From Pasteurella multocida (GTDB lineage Bacteria; Pseudomonadota; Gammaproteobacteria; Enterobacterales; Pasteurellaceae), in NCBI RefSeq assembly GCF_900187275.1, contig NZ_LT906458.1, positions 270,001-302,000 of the forward strand: 32,000 nt of DNA, written 5' to 3'. Below are positions 20,500-30,734 of this stretch, in pieces. Within the stretch, counting starts at the first letter, position 1; every line of letters begins with the position of its first letter. Both the position numbers and the translations under genes were made by a program. A model generated the notes under the pieces. That model saw only the letters and a program-made list of their open reading frames with translations, did no database searches and was not told the DNA's origin.

Positions 20500-23400
20500 T
20501 CAATGTCAAAAAAATGCGTTAACAGAAACACGTCGCATTTTAGATCAATTTGCTGAACGTTGTGGTGATCGGGTCTGGCAAACAGCAATCACTCAAGCAG
20601 GGTTGGAAACGCTGTATAAAATGTTACGTCAAACTGCGCGTAAAAATACGGCGGTGGCGTGTTATTGGACACACCGCAAAAATTCAGCAGAGTTATTATG
20701 GATTGTGGGCGATCGACGTCAGTTTAATGATCAAGGACGAGTGCCCACTAACCGCACACAGCGCAATATTTTGCGAGCGGAAGAGGAAATAGCTTGGCAA
20801 GATGCGTATTCGTTGCAAATTTTGACCGCACTTTCTGCCTTGTTACATGATGTCGGCAAGTCGAGCGTGGGCTTCCAAACGAAATTAGATAAAACGAAAA
20901 ATGCACCAAGAGTCGCAGACAGTTATCGACATGAATGGATTTCTGTGCGTTTATTTGAAGCGATGATTGAGGGGTGTCAAACTGATCAAGCTTGGCTTGA
21001 ACGTCTTGCTAACTGGCAGGTTTTTGAAGAAACAAATCCTACTTGGTTTAGCAAGATTATTCAAGATAGACCTAATGAAAACCATTTTTCTGATTTTGCC
21101 TATTTGCCTCCTTTAGCGCGTAGGGTGATTTGGCTGATTACTTCGCATCATCGTTTGCCTTTTACTCATGATATTAGTCGCTCGCAAGACTGTATAAAAA
21201 ATTTACGCAAATACGCGAAGTTGACTTTTGAGAGTTTATTTAAAGCTTATAAACCCGCAGTAGGCTGGGTTTCGAATGGCGCTGAACATCCGACTCCACA
21301 AGCATTTTGGCAATTCCAACGGGTTGCCACGCAAAGCCAAGCATGGCAAAAACACATGGCAAGATGGGCCAAAAAAGCCTTGAATCACCCTGCTTTATTT
21401 AGCGTTAGCGAAAACGCGGATCCTTTTTTATTGTTGCTTGCTCGTTTATGTTTGATGACGGGGGATCATTATTATTCCGCCCAAGATCAAAATGAAAAAC
21501 TGGGGGAGCTGAATTTTCCTTTATTAGCCAATACTTACCGAGAAAACCATCAACCCAAACAGCGTTTGGATGAACACTTGATTGGTGTGTGCCAAACCGC
21601 GGTACGTTTCGCCCGTCTATTGCCTAAGTTTCCGCGAGAATTACCGCGTATTAAACAACATAAACCCTTTGTGCAGTTGGCAAAAGATCGGTTTGCTTGG
21701 CAAAACAAAGCCGTCAATGTGGCTCGCTTGTTGCAAAAAACAAGTGAGTCACAAGGCTTTTTTGGCGTGAATATGGCGAGTACGGGTTGTGGCAAAACCC
21801 TTGCGAATGCCAAGATGATGTATGCTCTGAATGACAGTAAACAAGGGGCAAGATTTACTATCGCATTAGGCTTACGCGTGTTGACTTTGCAAACCGGTAG
21901 TGCCTTGAAAAAGCGTTTACATTTATCGGATCAGGATTTGGCTGTGTTGGTAGGCGGTAGCGCAGTGAAAAAGCTATACGCACTACAACAAGAGAAGCAA
22001 AACCAGCTTGCTCAACAGGGCAGTGAAAGTGCTGAAGATTGGTTAGAGGACATGCAAGTTGAGGGCGCAACTTATATTGAAAGTGCGGTCGAAAATGAAG
22101 CCGTTTTGTCCTTTTTAAGCAAAGATGACAAAACCAAAAAGCTCCTTTATGCACCAATTGTGAGTTGCACTTTAGATCATTTAATTTCTGCCTCCGAAAG
22201 TGTGCGAGGTGGGCATCATATTGTGCCCATATTACGTTTATTGACTTCTGATTTAATTCTGGATGAACCAGATGATTTTGCCCAGGAAGATTTGCCAGCA
22301 TTAAGCCGTTTAGTGTATTTAGCGGGTTTATTTGGTAGTCGAGTGTTGCTTTCTTCTGCTACGCTAACGCCTGATTTTATTACAGGATTGTTTAAAGCAT
22401 ATCAAGCAGGACGAAAAATCTATAATCAGCAAAAAGGGATTGTGGCAGCCTTGCCAATATGTTGTGCATGGGTGGATGAATTCCAACAAGTGCAAGCTAA
22501 TTGTGGACAAGACGAGCAATTTATCCAACAACATGATGAATTTGTGCGAAAACGGGCGGAAAACTTGGCGAAAAGTCCCGTGCGACGTCAGGCAGAAATT
22601 CTGAGTTTACCTTCACTCAAACCAAGAGAAGGGGAAGATTTGCATTATGGCTTGCTGGCAGACACATTGTTACAAAAAGCAATGGCGCTACATGATTTAC
22701 ATGGGCAAACCGATCCCCATAGTCAGAAAAAAGTCAGTGTAGGCTTGATCCGCTTTTCTAATATCGAACCTATGATTCCGTTGGCAAAAGCGTTGTTTGC
22801 GTTACAAGCCAGTGAAAAATTTGCCGATTATCAGGTGCATTTATGTTGCTATCATTCAAGGCAATTGTTGTTATTGCGTTCTTATTTAGAAGAAAAACTG
22901 GATAAAATTTTGGACCGCCACACGCCCGAGCAATTATTTCAACACGAAGAAATTGCCTTACCGATGAGTCAATATAAAGCAAAAAATCACCTCTTTATTG
23001 TGTTGGGTAGCCCTGTGACTGAAGTGGGGCGAGATCATGATTATGATTGGGCGATTGTGGATCCTTCCTCTATGCGTTCCATTATTCAGCTTGCTGGGCG
23101 AGTCTGGCGACACCGTGCAGAGAAAGTGGCAGAACAGCCCAATATTGCGCTACTGCCGATAAATTGGCGAGGGTTAAAGGTGCGTTATCAACAGAAAGAT
23201 GTGATCTATCACCGTCCGGGGTTTGAGAGTCATCAGCATAAATTGGCAACGCATAAACTGGATCAATTAATTTCGCAGCGTGATTTAGCTCATATACAAG
23301 CTACGCCTCGCATTGTAAAACCCGAGGTGTTACAGGCAAGTACTCAATTGGCGGATTTAGAGCATCATGCTATTGCTAGCCTGTTAAATCACCCCAGTGA

Positions 23401-23800
23401 GAATCTGGTTAATCTCTATTGGGATCCTCGCTACTGTAACTACTTACTGGCGAATTTACCTTTGATGAGTGAATTTCGTAAAAGCATGGCAGAACTGGAA
23501 GTGGTTTGTGTACCTGATGAGGACTCTCATTGGGGCTTTGGTTTCTATCGTGCGCAAAAACGTGATGAGGAGACATTGAGCGCATTGCCAGAGATTCAAT
23601 ATGAGCCAATACAGCAAGATAAACACGCCGTCGTGCAACCTTGGCTAGCCGCAGCATTAGACACGGTGTTGAGCGACTTGGCTGAACAGTTAAATGTGGT
23701 ATCGCCAGAATGGATTGCCCCCACTTATCTTTGCGCATCTTTACCACAATATGATGGAAAATTGGATTGGCACTATAACGAAGTCTATGGATTTTGGTGA
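20480..23800 (+). CDS. cas3: Type I-F Cas2-3 fusion (Cas2 domain, HD nuclease, DExH helicase)
   Basis: N-terminal MNILLVSQCQKNALTETRRILDQFAERCG (Cas2-like), LLHDVGKSS (HD), TGCGKTLANA (Walker A), LILDEPDD, LLSSATL. Start at 20480 overlaps cas1 by 20 nt; the track start 20441 is upstream. Confidence 0.95.
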   Translation: MNILLVSQCQKNALTETRRILDQFAERCGDRVWQTAITQAGLETLYKMLRQTARKNTAVACYWTHRKNSAELLWIVGDRRQFNDQGRVPTNRTQRNILRAEEEIAWQDAYSLQILTALSALLHDVGKSSVGFQTKLDKTKNAPRVADSYRHEWISVRLFEAMIEGCQTDQAWLERLANWQVFEETNPTWFSKIIQDRPNENHFSDFAYLPPLARRVIWLITSHHRLPFTHDISRSQDCIKNLRKYAKLTFESLFKAYKPAVGWVSNGAEHPTPQAFWQFQRVATQSQAWQKHMARWAKKALNHPALFSVSENADPFLLLLARLCLMTGDHYYSAQDQNEKLGELNFPLLANTYRENHQPKQRLDEHLIGVCQTAVRFARLLPKFPRELPRIKQHKPFVQLAKDRFAWQNKAVNVARLLQKTSESQGFFGVNMASTGCGKTLANAKMMYALNDSKQGARFTIALGLRVLTLQTGSALKKRLHLSDQDLAVLVGGSAVKKLYALQQEKQNQLAQQGSESAEDWLEDMQVEGATYIESAVENEAVLSFLSKDDKTKKLLYAPIVSCTLDHLISASESVRGGHHIVPILRLLTSDLILDEPDDFAQEDLPALSRLVYLAGLFGSRVLLSSATLTPDFITGLFKAYQAGRKIYNQQKGIVAALPICCAWVDEFQQVQANCGQDEQFIQQHDEFVRKRAENLAKSPVRRQAEILSLPSLKPREGEDLHYGLLADTLLQKAMALHDLHGQTDPHSQKKVSVGLIRFSNIEPMIPLAKALFALQASEKFADYQVHLCCYHSRQLLLLRSYLEEKLDKILDRHTPEQLFQHEEIALPMSQYKAKNHLFIVLGSPVTEVGRDHDYDWAIVDPSSMRSIIQLAGRVWRHRAEKVAEQPNIALLPINWRGLKVRYQQKDVIYHRPGFESHQHKLATHKLDQLISQRDLAHIQATPRIVKPEVLQASTQLADLEHHAIASLLNHPSENLVNLYWDPRYCNYLLANLPLMSEFRKSMAELEVVCVPDEDSHWGFGFYRAQKRDEETLSALPEIQYEPIQQDKHAVVQPWLAAALDTVLSDLAEQLNVVSPEWIAPTYLCASLPQYDGKLDWHYNEVYGFW

Positions 23801-23857
23801 AGAAGACGTAGTGGTACAATAACCGCAGTTGTTTAGAAAAATAAAGGCAGAAATCAG

Positions 23858-25714
23858 ATGAAAAATATTAAATACTTTACTCAAAAATATGTTGATTGGG
23901 TGATTCGTTTGGGACGCTTACGCTTTTCGATTTTAGGCGTGATCGTGTTGGCGATTTTAGCACTCTGTACACAAGCCTTATTAAGTTTGTTTATTATTGG
24001 TGAAGTGTATTGGGTTGATATGATCCGATCTGTTGTATTTGGTCTGATTTCTGCTCCCTTTGTCATTTATTTTTTCACGGTGCTGGTGGAAAAATTAGAA
24101 CGTTCGCGTTTAGGGCTTGCTAAAATGGTTGAGAATTTACGCAAAGAAGTGTCGGAACGGGTTTTAGCTGAGAAAAAACTCTCTATTGCGTTAGATAATA
24201 TTGAGAAAACCAGTCGGGATAAAACGCGCTTAATGGCAACGATCAGTCATGAATTACGCACCCCATTAAATGGCATTATTGGCTTAAGCCGTATTTTACT
24301 CGATGAAAAACTAACGGAAACGCAACAAAATTATTTGAAAACGATTCATGTGAGTGCTATTTCATTAGGACATATTTTTAGTGACATCATTGATTTAGAA
24401 AAAATTGATGCCCGCCGTATTGAGCTGAATGCGAAAGCCGTAGAGTTAAATAGTTTTCTCAATGATATTAGTAATGTTGCTCGTTTATTAGCACAGCAAA
24501 AAAAACTCGCTTTTCAACTTGTGACAGACAAAAACTTACCAACTTGGTTTATGGTTGATTATGCTCGCTTAAGTCAAATTTTATGGAATTTGATTGGAAA
24601 TGCGGTGAAATTTACTCAAGAAGGGCGTATCACGCTGAATGTGAAACGTGTGTCGGAATATCAAATTTCCTTTAGTGTCAGTGATACTGGGATTGGCATT
24701 CCGGCGAATGAATTACCTCGTGTGTTTGAAATGTATTATCAAGTACAATCGAGTGGGCACAAACCACTTGGTAGTGGCATTGGATTAGCAATTTCTCAAA
24801 CCATTGCCCAATTAATGGGAGGTGATTTATATGCAACGAGCGAAATGGGGAAAGGATCTTGTTTTACACTGATGTTGCCAGTTAAAGAAGTTGAAAAGCC
24901 AGTTCGCGTACAAAATCAAATGCCAAGTACCTTAAATATTCTCTTAGTTGAAGATATTGAGGTAAATGTGGTGGTAGCAAAATCCGTACTTGAAAAACTA
25001 GGCTATGTTGTTGATGTTGCGATGACAGGACAGCAAGCCATTGAGAAATTTGAACAGCAGTATTATGATTTGCTATTACTTGATATTCAATTGCCCGATA
25101 TGTCAGGTTTTGCAGTGGCGAAATACTTACGGGAAGGTTATGAGAATGGGCAGTATGATTTTTTACCACCTTTAATTGCATTAACTGCCAATGTAATGCA
25201 CGACAAAAAAGAATATCAAGCGCAAGGTATGGACGATGTATTACGTAAACCTTTATCGATCGAGGAATTAACTGCTTGTTTAGTTGAGTATTTTGGTCAT
25301 GATGTTTCTCTGTGCTTAGAAACACCAACAACACATCAGATTACGCAAGACGCCACTCATTTTGATGTGAAAATGTTGAGCGAATTAGTTGAGATGCTAG
25401 GCACAGATTTTGTATTAAAGAATTTAGCTTTATTTAAAGAAACGATGCCGGAATATATGCAAGCATTAATGACTGCATATTCTGTTTATCAACAAGATGA
25501 AAGTCAAAAAGCCGATGTCTTGTCTTGTGCGCATAAAATAAAAGGTGCAGCGGCTTCGGTTGGCTTAAAACGAATACAGCAAATTGCGGCACAAGCGCAG
25601 GATCCAGAGCAAGGTGAGTGGACAGAGAACATTCACGATTGGGTACAACAGTTAGCACAATATTGGTTATTGGATGTTGAAGCGCTAGAACGTTATTTAA
25701 ATAAATCGGTATAA
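23858..25714 (+). CDS. arcB: Hybrid sensor histidine kinase ArcB (short form without PAS domain)
   Basis: ISHELRTPLNGIIGLSRILLDE (H box), G1/G2 ATPase motifs, receiver domain LLLVEDIEVNVVVAKSVLEKLGY, LLLLDIQLPDMSG, Hpt CAHKIKGAAASVG. 618 aa. Confidence 0.93.
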   Translation: MKNIKYFTQKYVDWVIRLGRLRFSILGVIVLAILALCTQALLSLFIIGEVYWVDMIRSVVFGLISAPFVIYFFTVLVEKLERSRLGLAKMVENLRKEVSERVLAEKKLSIALDNIEKTSRDKTRLMATISHELRTPLNGIIGLSRILLDEKLTETQQNYLKTIHVSAISLGHIFSDIIDLEKIDARRIELNAKAVELNSFLNDISNVARLLAQQKKLAFQLVTDKNLPTWFMVDYARLSQILWNLIGNAVKFTQEGRITLNVKRVSEYQISFSVSDTGIGIPANELPRVFEMYYQVQSSGHKPLGSGIGLAISQTIAQLMGGDLYATSEMGKGSCFTLMLPVKEVEKPVRVQNQMPSTLNILLVEDIEVNVVVAKSVLEKLGYVVDVAMTGQQAIEKFEQQYYDLLLLDIQLPDMSGFAVAKYLREGYENGQYDFLPPLIALTANVMHDKKEYQAQGMDDVLRKPLSIEELTACLVEYFGHDVSLCLETPTTHQITQDATHFDVKMLSELVEMLGTDFVLKNLALFKETMPEYMQALMTAYSVYQQDESQKADVLSCAHKIKGAAASVGLKRIQQIAAQAQDPEQGEWTENIHDWVQQLAQYWLLDVEALERYLNKSV

Positions 25715-25854
25715 ATAAAACGATTTTAATTGTGTTGTGTGTTATTAAATTGAATAAAAATAAATTGGTGTAAAATAGAATATTAATTATTTAAACTCAT
25801 AAGAAATAAATGTTATTCTATTTTTAACTGGAGCATTGTATTTAAGGATTCCCT

Positions 25855-26445
25855 ATGAAAATATTTGCAGTATTATCTGCCTTTTTAATGCCATTCGTTG
25901 TCCCAAATACGACGGTCAATGGTTATAAGGATCTGCGTTTTGGTATGACTATTGAACAGGCCAAAGAAACGAAACTATGTGAGGACCAATGGCATTTACC
26001 CGCGGATGATGATTGGCGACGGGTTGTAAGAGGTTATTGGGTCTGTGACAAATTCCGTTTTGATGATGGCTATGCGGTGGCAAGACTGCGTTTTATTGGT
26101 GGGCAACTCAAGTCGATTGAATTAAAAATGCCAGAATACCCGAAATATCCAGCAGAATTGTTATTACATGTTTTAGAAGAAAAATATGGTAAAACCATAG
26201 AAGTTGAGCAACGAGATTTGATCGAAGAAGATATTCTGCAAGGAAAAATAAGAAAACGTAGAAAAAATGAGAGTGCATTGTTAGATACTTATCAGTTTGC
26301 GAAAGGAACCGTTTCTTTAACGTTGTTGACTTATAATGGCATTCCTCAGCCTGCAGAAATCATTTATTCTGCGCCAGAGCTATTGCTTTTAGAGAAAAAA
26401 TTAGAGGACAGACCGCAACGTCGTACATTGCTACGCGATTTATAA
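25855..26445 (+). CDS. Hypothetical secreted protein (196 aa)
   Basis: ORF with signal-like MKIFAVLSAFLMPFVVPNTT. Followed by a terminator hairpin. No recognised family. Confidence 0.7.
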   Translation: MKIFAVLSAFLMPFVVPNTTVNGYKDLRFGMTIEQAKETKLCEDQWHLPADDDWRRVVRGYWVCDKFRFDDGYAVARLRFIGGQLKSIELKMPEYPKYPAELLLHVLEEKYGKTIEVEQRDLIEEDILQGKIRKRRKNESALLDTYQFAKGTVSLTLLTYNGIPQPAEIIYSAPELLLLEKKLEDRPQRRTLLRDL

Positions 26446-26448
26446 ACT

Positions 26449-26487
26449 AAAAAAATCCCTCAATAACGCATTATTGAGGGATTTTTT
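26449..26487. terminator. Bidirectional terminator between the hypothetical gene and suhB (convergent)
   Basis: AAAAAATCCCTCAATAA-CGCA-TTATTGAGGGATTTTTT. Confidence 0.88.
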
Positions 26488-26508
26488 GATCACTTAAATG
26501 TATTAAAC

Positions 26509-27312
26509 CTATTTTTTAAATTCGTCAGACAGACAAGGTTGAATTTTATTTAAGATTTCTTTCACAATACGAGGTGCGGCAGCAACAAGATGACCTGATG
26601 TTAAATAGCTATGCCCACCATTAAAATCACAAACTAACCCGCCAGCTTCACGTACGATCAAGTCGCCTGCAGCAATATCCCAAGCTTTAACACCGACTTC
26701 AAAATAACCATCAACGCGTCCCGCTGCAACATAGCATAAGTCTAATGCCGCAGAGCCCATGCGACGGAAATCAGCACAATCTTGAATTAAGTTATTCATC
26801 ATCGCAAATTGCATTGGCATTAAGCGCGTTTGTTTAAAAGGAAAACCTGTTGTTAACACGGTACCAGCTAAGTCGCGTTTATTTTCAACGCGTAAACGCA
26901 TGTCATTAATTTTAGCGCCTTCACCACGTACTGCGGTGAATAGTTCGTTACGGATAGGATCGTAAACCACACCCACTTCGGTGCGACCTTTGACACGAAT
27001 AGCAATAGAAACAGAAAAATGCGGTAAACCTTTAACAAAGTTTGTGGTGCCATCTAGTGGATCAATCACCCATTGAATATCGCTATCTTTACCTTCTAAC
27101 GCACCACTTTCTTCCGTAATAATTGTGTGATCCGGGTACGATTTTCTAATCACCTCAATAATGGCTTCTTCAGAAGCTTTATCAATATTTGTTACATAAT
27201 CGTTTGTGCTTTTTAGCGTTGTTTGAAGAGCATCACGGCGCTCATAACCTTTAGCAATTACATTGCCCGCTTTTCGTGCCGCACGAATCGCGATATTTAA
27301 CATTGGATTCAT
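26509..27312 (-). CDS. suhB: Inositol-1-monophosphatase / Nus-complex factor SuhB
   Basis: MNPMLNIAIRAARKAGNVIAKGYE..., WVIDPLDGTTNFVKGLPHFSVSIA, AWDIAAGDLIVREAGG. ATG at 27312 preferred over GTG at 27321. Confidence 0.95.
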   Translation of the reverse strand: MNPMLNIAIRAARKAGNVIAKGYERRDALQTTLKSTNDYVTNIDKASEEAIIEVIRKSYPDHTIITEESGALEGKDSDIQWVIDPLDGTTNFVKGLPHFSVSIAIRVKGRTEVGVVYDPIRNELFTAVRGEGAKINDMRLRVENKRDLAGTVLTTGFPFKQTRLMPMQFAMMNNLIQDCADFRRMGSAALDLCYVAAGRVDGYFEVGVKAWDIAAGDLIVREAGGLVCDFNGGHSYLTSGHLVAAAPRIVKEILNKIQPCLSDEFKK

Positions 27313-27325
27313 TGTTTCCACCAGA

Positions 27326-27337
27326 TTTTAAAGAACA
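27326..27337 (-). promoter_or_regulatory. boxA-like element in the suhB 5' region
   Basis: Minus-strand TGTTCTTTAAAA, 10/12 match to TGCTCTTTAACA, just upstream of suhB. Confidence 0.55.
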
Positions 27338-27525
27338 GAAAAGTGGCGGGTATTATAGGGAATTTCATTAAAAATGGCGAGAGAAATTTTCACCTCTTTT
27401 GCTCTTATCGTGATGAGGGGGAGTGAGTAGACTGACGAGATTTCTCAGAAAAATGATAAGTTGTTGACTAAAATTCAGGGTTATTATGCTAGAATAGCGC
27501 CTATTTTATACAAAGATATCAGGTT

Positions 27526-28242
27526 ATGTTGGAAAATATCCGAATTGTATTAGTTGAAACTTCGCACAGTGGCAATATTGGCTCTGCTGCTAGGGCGATG
27601 AAAACCATGGGCTTAAATCAGTTATATCTTGTGGCACCTAAACAACCTCTTGATGAACATGCCATTGCGTTATCAGCAGGGGCTGAAGATGTGTTGAAAC
27701 AGGCGAAAATTGTAGCAAGTTTTGATGAGGCAGTGGCAGATTGTGCGTTAGTGATTGGCACCAGTGCAAGATTACGCCACTTACAAAATAGCTTAATTGA
27801 GCCGCGTGAGTGTGGTACTCACGCAATAGTGTATGCAAAACAAGCGCCAGTAGCGATTGTATTCGGGCGCGAACGTATTGGGTTGACCAATGAAGAATTG
27901 CTTAAGTGCCGTTATCATTTAACGATACCCGCTAATCCTGACTATTCATCTTTGAATCTGGCGATGGCAGTACAATTGATTTGTTATGAACTACGTTTGG
28001 CATTTTTGTCACAACAAGCAATGACAGAATCACTTTCAACGATAGATAATACCTATCCAACACACACTGAAATAGAACACTTTTTTCAGCATACAGAGCG
28101 ACTTTATACGGCATTAGGATTTATTCAAAATCAAGGTGTTATGCCGAAATTAAGGCGTTTATATCAGCGTGTTCAGTTAGAAAAAAACGAGCTCAATATT
28201 TTACGTGGGATGTTGACCGCTGTGGAAAAGCGTTTGAAATAG
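27526..28242 (+). CDS. trmJ: tRNA (cytidine/uridine-2'-O-)-methyltransferase TrmJ
   Basis: SPOUT family: MLENIRIVLVETSHSGNIGSAARAMKTMGL, VFGRERIGLTNEEL, IPANPDYSSLNLAMAVQLI. Confidence 0.93.
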   Translation: MLENIRIVLVETSHSGNIGSAARAMKTMGLNQLYLVAPKQPLDEHAIALSAGAEDVLKQAKIVASFDEAVADCALVIGTSARLRHLQNSLIEPRECGTHAIVYAKQAPVAIVFGRERIGLTNEELLKCRYHLTIPANPDYSSLNLAMAVQLICYELRLAFLSQQAMTESLSTIDNTYPTHTEIEHFFQHTERLYTALGFIQNQGVMPKLRRLYQRVQLEKNELNILRGMLTAVEKRLK

Positions 28243-28251
28243 CGCGGAGGA

Positions 28252-28276
28252 ATAGTTGACTAATTTAGTATGATAT
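28252..28276 (+). promoter_or_regulatory. Type 1 IscR-binding-site-like sequence overlapping the isc promoter
   Basis: ATAGTTGACTAATTTAGTATGATAT closely matches ATASYYGACTRWWWYAGTCGGGTAT, upstream of iscR; contains -35-like TTGACT. Confidence 0.7.
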
Positions 28277-28320
28277 GTAAATATTCGCCAATTGTTGGAT
28301 TAAATTAAAGGAAGATAAAG

Positions 28321-28785
28321 ATGAAATTAACTTCTAAAGGACGCTATGCGGTAACAGCTATTCTTGATATTGCATTAAATTCAAACAGAGGCCCAGTTAG
28401 TTTATCTGATATTTCTGAGCGACAACATATCTCGCTTTCCTACTTAGAACAATTGTTTGCTAAGTTGCGTCGTCATGGGCTAGTAAAAAGTGTCCGAGGA
28501 CCGGGTGGTGGATATCAGTTAGGTCTTCCCGCAAATCGAATTTCTGTCGGTATGGTCATCAATGCCGTAAATGAAAATATTGATGTCACACGTTGTTTAG
28601 GACGCGGTGATTGTCAAGAAGGCACTGAATGTTTAACCCATTCGCTGTGGAAAGAGTTGAGCCTTCGTATTGAAGCGTTTTTAAATGAAATTACCCTTGA
28701 GGAACTGGTTGAGAAAAATCGTCAAAAACGTGCAACCATTGAGTTCCGAGGTGACTTTGATAATCTGATTATTTTAGATAATTAA
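28321..28785 (+). CDS. iscR: Fe-S cluster regulator IscR (Rrf2 family)
   Basis: [19 protein letters not shown]..., [10 protein letters not shown], cysteines [13 protein letters not shown]. Confidence 0.97.
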   Translation: MKLTSKGRYAVTAILDIALNSNRGPVSLSDISERQHISLSYLEQLFAKLRRHGLVKSVRGPGGGYQLGLPANRISVGMVINAVNENIDVTRCLGRGDCQEGTECLTHSLWKELSLRIEAFLNEITLEELVEKNRQKRATIEFRGDFDNLIILDN

Positions 28786-28832
28786 GCCGACAGCTGTGCG
28801 GTAAAAATGAATTGTTAGGAGTAAGGAAAGAA

Positions 28833-30047
28833 ATGAAATTACCTATTTATCTTGATTACGCAGCGACTTGTCCCGTTGATGAGCGTGTTGCCAAAAAAAT
28901 GATGGAATATTTAACGGTAGAGGGCAACTTTGGTAACCCAGCCTCCCGTTCACATAAATTTGGCTGGCAGGCAGAAGAAGCTGTTGATGTTGCACGTAAC
29001 CATATTGCGGATTTGATCGGGGCAGATTCACGTGAGATCGTGTTTACGTCTGGTGCAACCGAATCAGACAATTTAGCCATTAAAGGGGCTGCGCACTTTT
29101 ATCAAAGCAAAGGTAAACATATTATTACCTGTAAAACTGAGCATAAAGCCGTATTAGATACTTGTCGTCAGCTTGAGCGTGAAGGCTTCGAAGTGACCTA
29201 TTTAAACCCAAAATCAGATGGTTTAATTGATTTAGAGGAATTAAAAAATGCGATGCGTGATGACACTATTTTAGTTTCTATTATGCACGTTAATAATGAA
29301 ATTGGTGTGATTCAAGACATTGCGGCTATCGGTGAATTATGCCGTGCGCGTAAAATCTTATTCCACGTTGATGCCACACAAAGTGTTGGTAAATTGCCGA
29401 TTAATTTAGCTGAATTAAAAGTGGATTTGATGTCAATGTCTAGTCACAAACTTTACGGACCAAAAGGGATCGGTGCACTTTATGTTAGCCGTAAACCACG
29501 TGTGCGTTTAGAAGCGATCATTCACGGTGGTGGTCATGAGCGTGGTATGCGTTCAGGTACCTTACCGGTACACCAAATCGTTGGTATGGGTGAAGCATAT
29601 CGTATCTGTAAAGAAGAAATGGCAAGCGAAATGCCACGTTTAAAAGCATTACGCGATCGCTTATACAATGGCTTAAAAGATATTGAAGAAACTTACGTAA
29701 ACGGTTCGATGGAACACCGTTTAGACAGCAACTTAAATATCAGCTTTAACTATGTTGAAGGTGAATCATTAATGATGGCTTTACGTGATATCGCCGTTTC
29801 TTCAGGTTCTGCTTGTACTTCTGCGAGTCTTGAGCCATCTTACGTCTTACGTGCGTTAGGCTTAAACGATGAATTAGCACACAGCTCAATTCGTTTCACG
29901 TTAGGTCGTTATACTACGGAAGAAGAAATTGATTACACTATCGAATTAGTGAAAAATGCAGTCGCCAAATTGCGTGAGCTTTCACCACTTTGGGATATGT
30001 TTAAAGAAGGGATCGATCTGAATACGATCGAGTGGACGCACCACTAA
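28833..30047 (+). CDS. iscS: Cysteine desulfurase IscS
   Basis: [23 protein letters not shown]..., [42 protein letters not shown] at 28833 (404 aa). Confidence 0.97.
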   Translation: MKLPIYLDYAATCPVDERVAKKMMEYLTVEGNFGNPASRSHKFGWQAEEAVDVARNHIADLIGADSREIVFTSGATESDNLAIKGAAHFYQSKGKHIITCKTEHKAVLDTCRQLEREGFEVTYLNPKSDGLIDLEELKNAMRDDTILVSIMHVNNEIGVIQDIAAIGELCRARKILFHVDATQSVGKLPINLAELKVDLMSMSSHKLYGPKGIGALYVSRKPRVRLEAIIHGGGHERGMRSGTLPVHQIVGMGEAYRICKEEMASEMPRLKALRDRLYNGLKDIEETYVNGSMEHRLDSNLNISFNYVEGESLMMALRDIAVSSGSACTSASLEPSYVLRALGLNDELAHSSIRFTLGRYTTEEEIDYTIELVKNAVAKLRELSPLWDMFKEGIDLNTIEWTHH

Positions 30048-30278
30048 TCGGAGAAACATTGCTACAGTCTTTGCCGATTGTTCGGTTTATTGATGTGATT
30101 TACGCCGTCTAGAAAGGTAATAGAGGCAATGTTTTTAGGTTTAATATTAAGCGGTTTAGTCGTCGGACGCGATATTCGCGTTCAATAACATATGATTTAA
30201 AGAGAAAGTGCGGTTGTTTTTCAGTGAGTTTTAGCAACATGAAGAATCGGACTTTTATTAAACTGGAAGGAATACAAT

Positions 30279-30665
30279 ATGGCATACAGTAATAAAGTAA
30301 TTGATCATTATGAAAATCCACGTAACGTTGGATCTTTAGATAAGAAAGATGCAAACGTGGGGACTGGCATGGTAGGTGCACCTGCTTGTGGTGATGTGAT
30401 GCAACTTCAAATTAAAGTCAGTGAAGAAGGCATTATTGAAGATGCAAAATTCAAAACTTACGGTTGTGGTTCAGCGATCGCCTCAAGTTCTTTAATTACA
30501 GAATGGGTGAAAGGCAAATCACTTGATGAAGCACAGGCGATTAAAAACAGCCAAATCGCAGAAGAATTAGAATTACCACCTGTGAAAGTTCACTGTTCAA
30601 TTTTAGCTGAAGATGCAATCAAAGCTGCGATTGCAGACTACAAAGCAAAAAAAGAAGCAAAATAA
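30279..30665 (+). CDS. iscU: Fe-S cluster scaffold IscU
   Basis: MAYSNKVIDHYENPRNVGSLDK..., GAPACGDVMQLQI, VHCSILAEDAIKAAI. Confidence 0.97.
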   Translation: MAYSNKVIDHYENPRNVGSLDKKDANVGTGMVGAPACGDVMQLQIKVSEEGIIEDAKFKTYGCGSAIASSSLITEWVKGKSLDEAQAIKNSQIAEELELPPVKVHCSILAEDAIKAAIADYKAKKEAK

Positions 30666-30734
30666 TCATCTAAAATTCAGTTGGGGCAATTTTGCCCCTT
30701 TCACATTATAAGACGCAATGGAGTAGAGAATTTC

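Noticed and set aside
14380-23800. CRISPR-associated transposon (I-F3) hypothesis
   Set aside because: The locus has an intact Cas2-3 and Cas1. No tnsA/tnsB/tnsC/tniQ gene or transposon ends are visible in the window. Only the tRNA-like end spacer is reminiscent of such systems.
30109-30381. 90-aa minus-strand ORF between iscS and iscU
   Set aside because: It overlaps the iscU start, is antisense to the operon and resembles no family I recognise.
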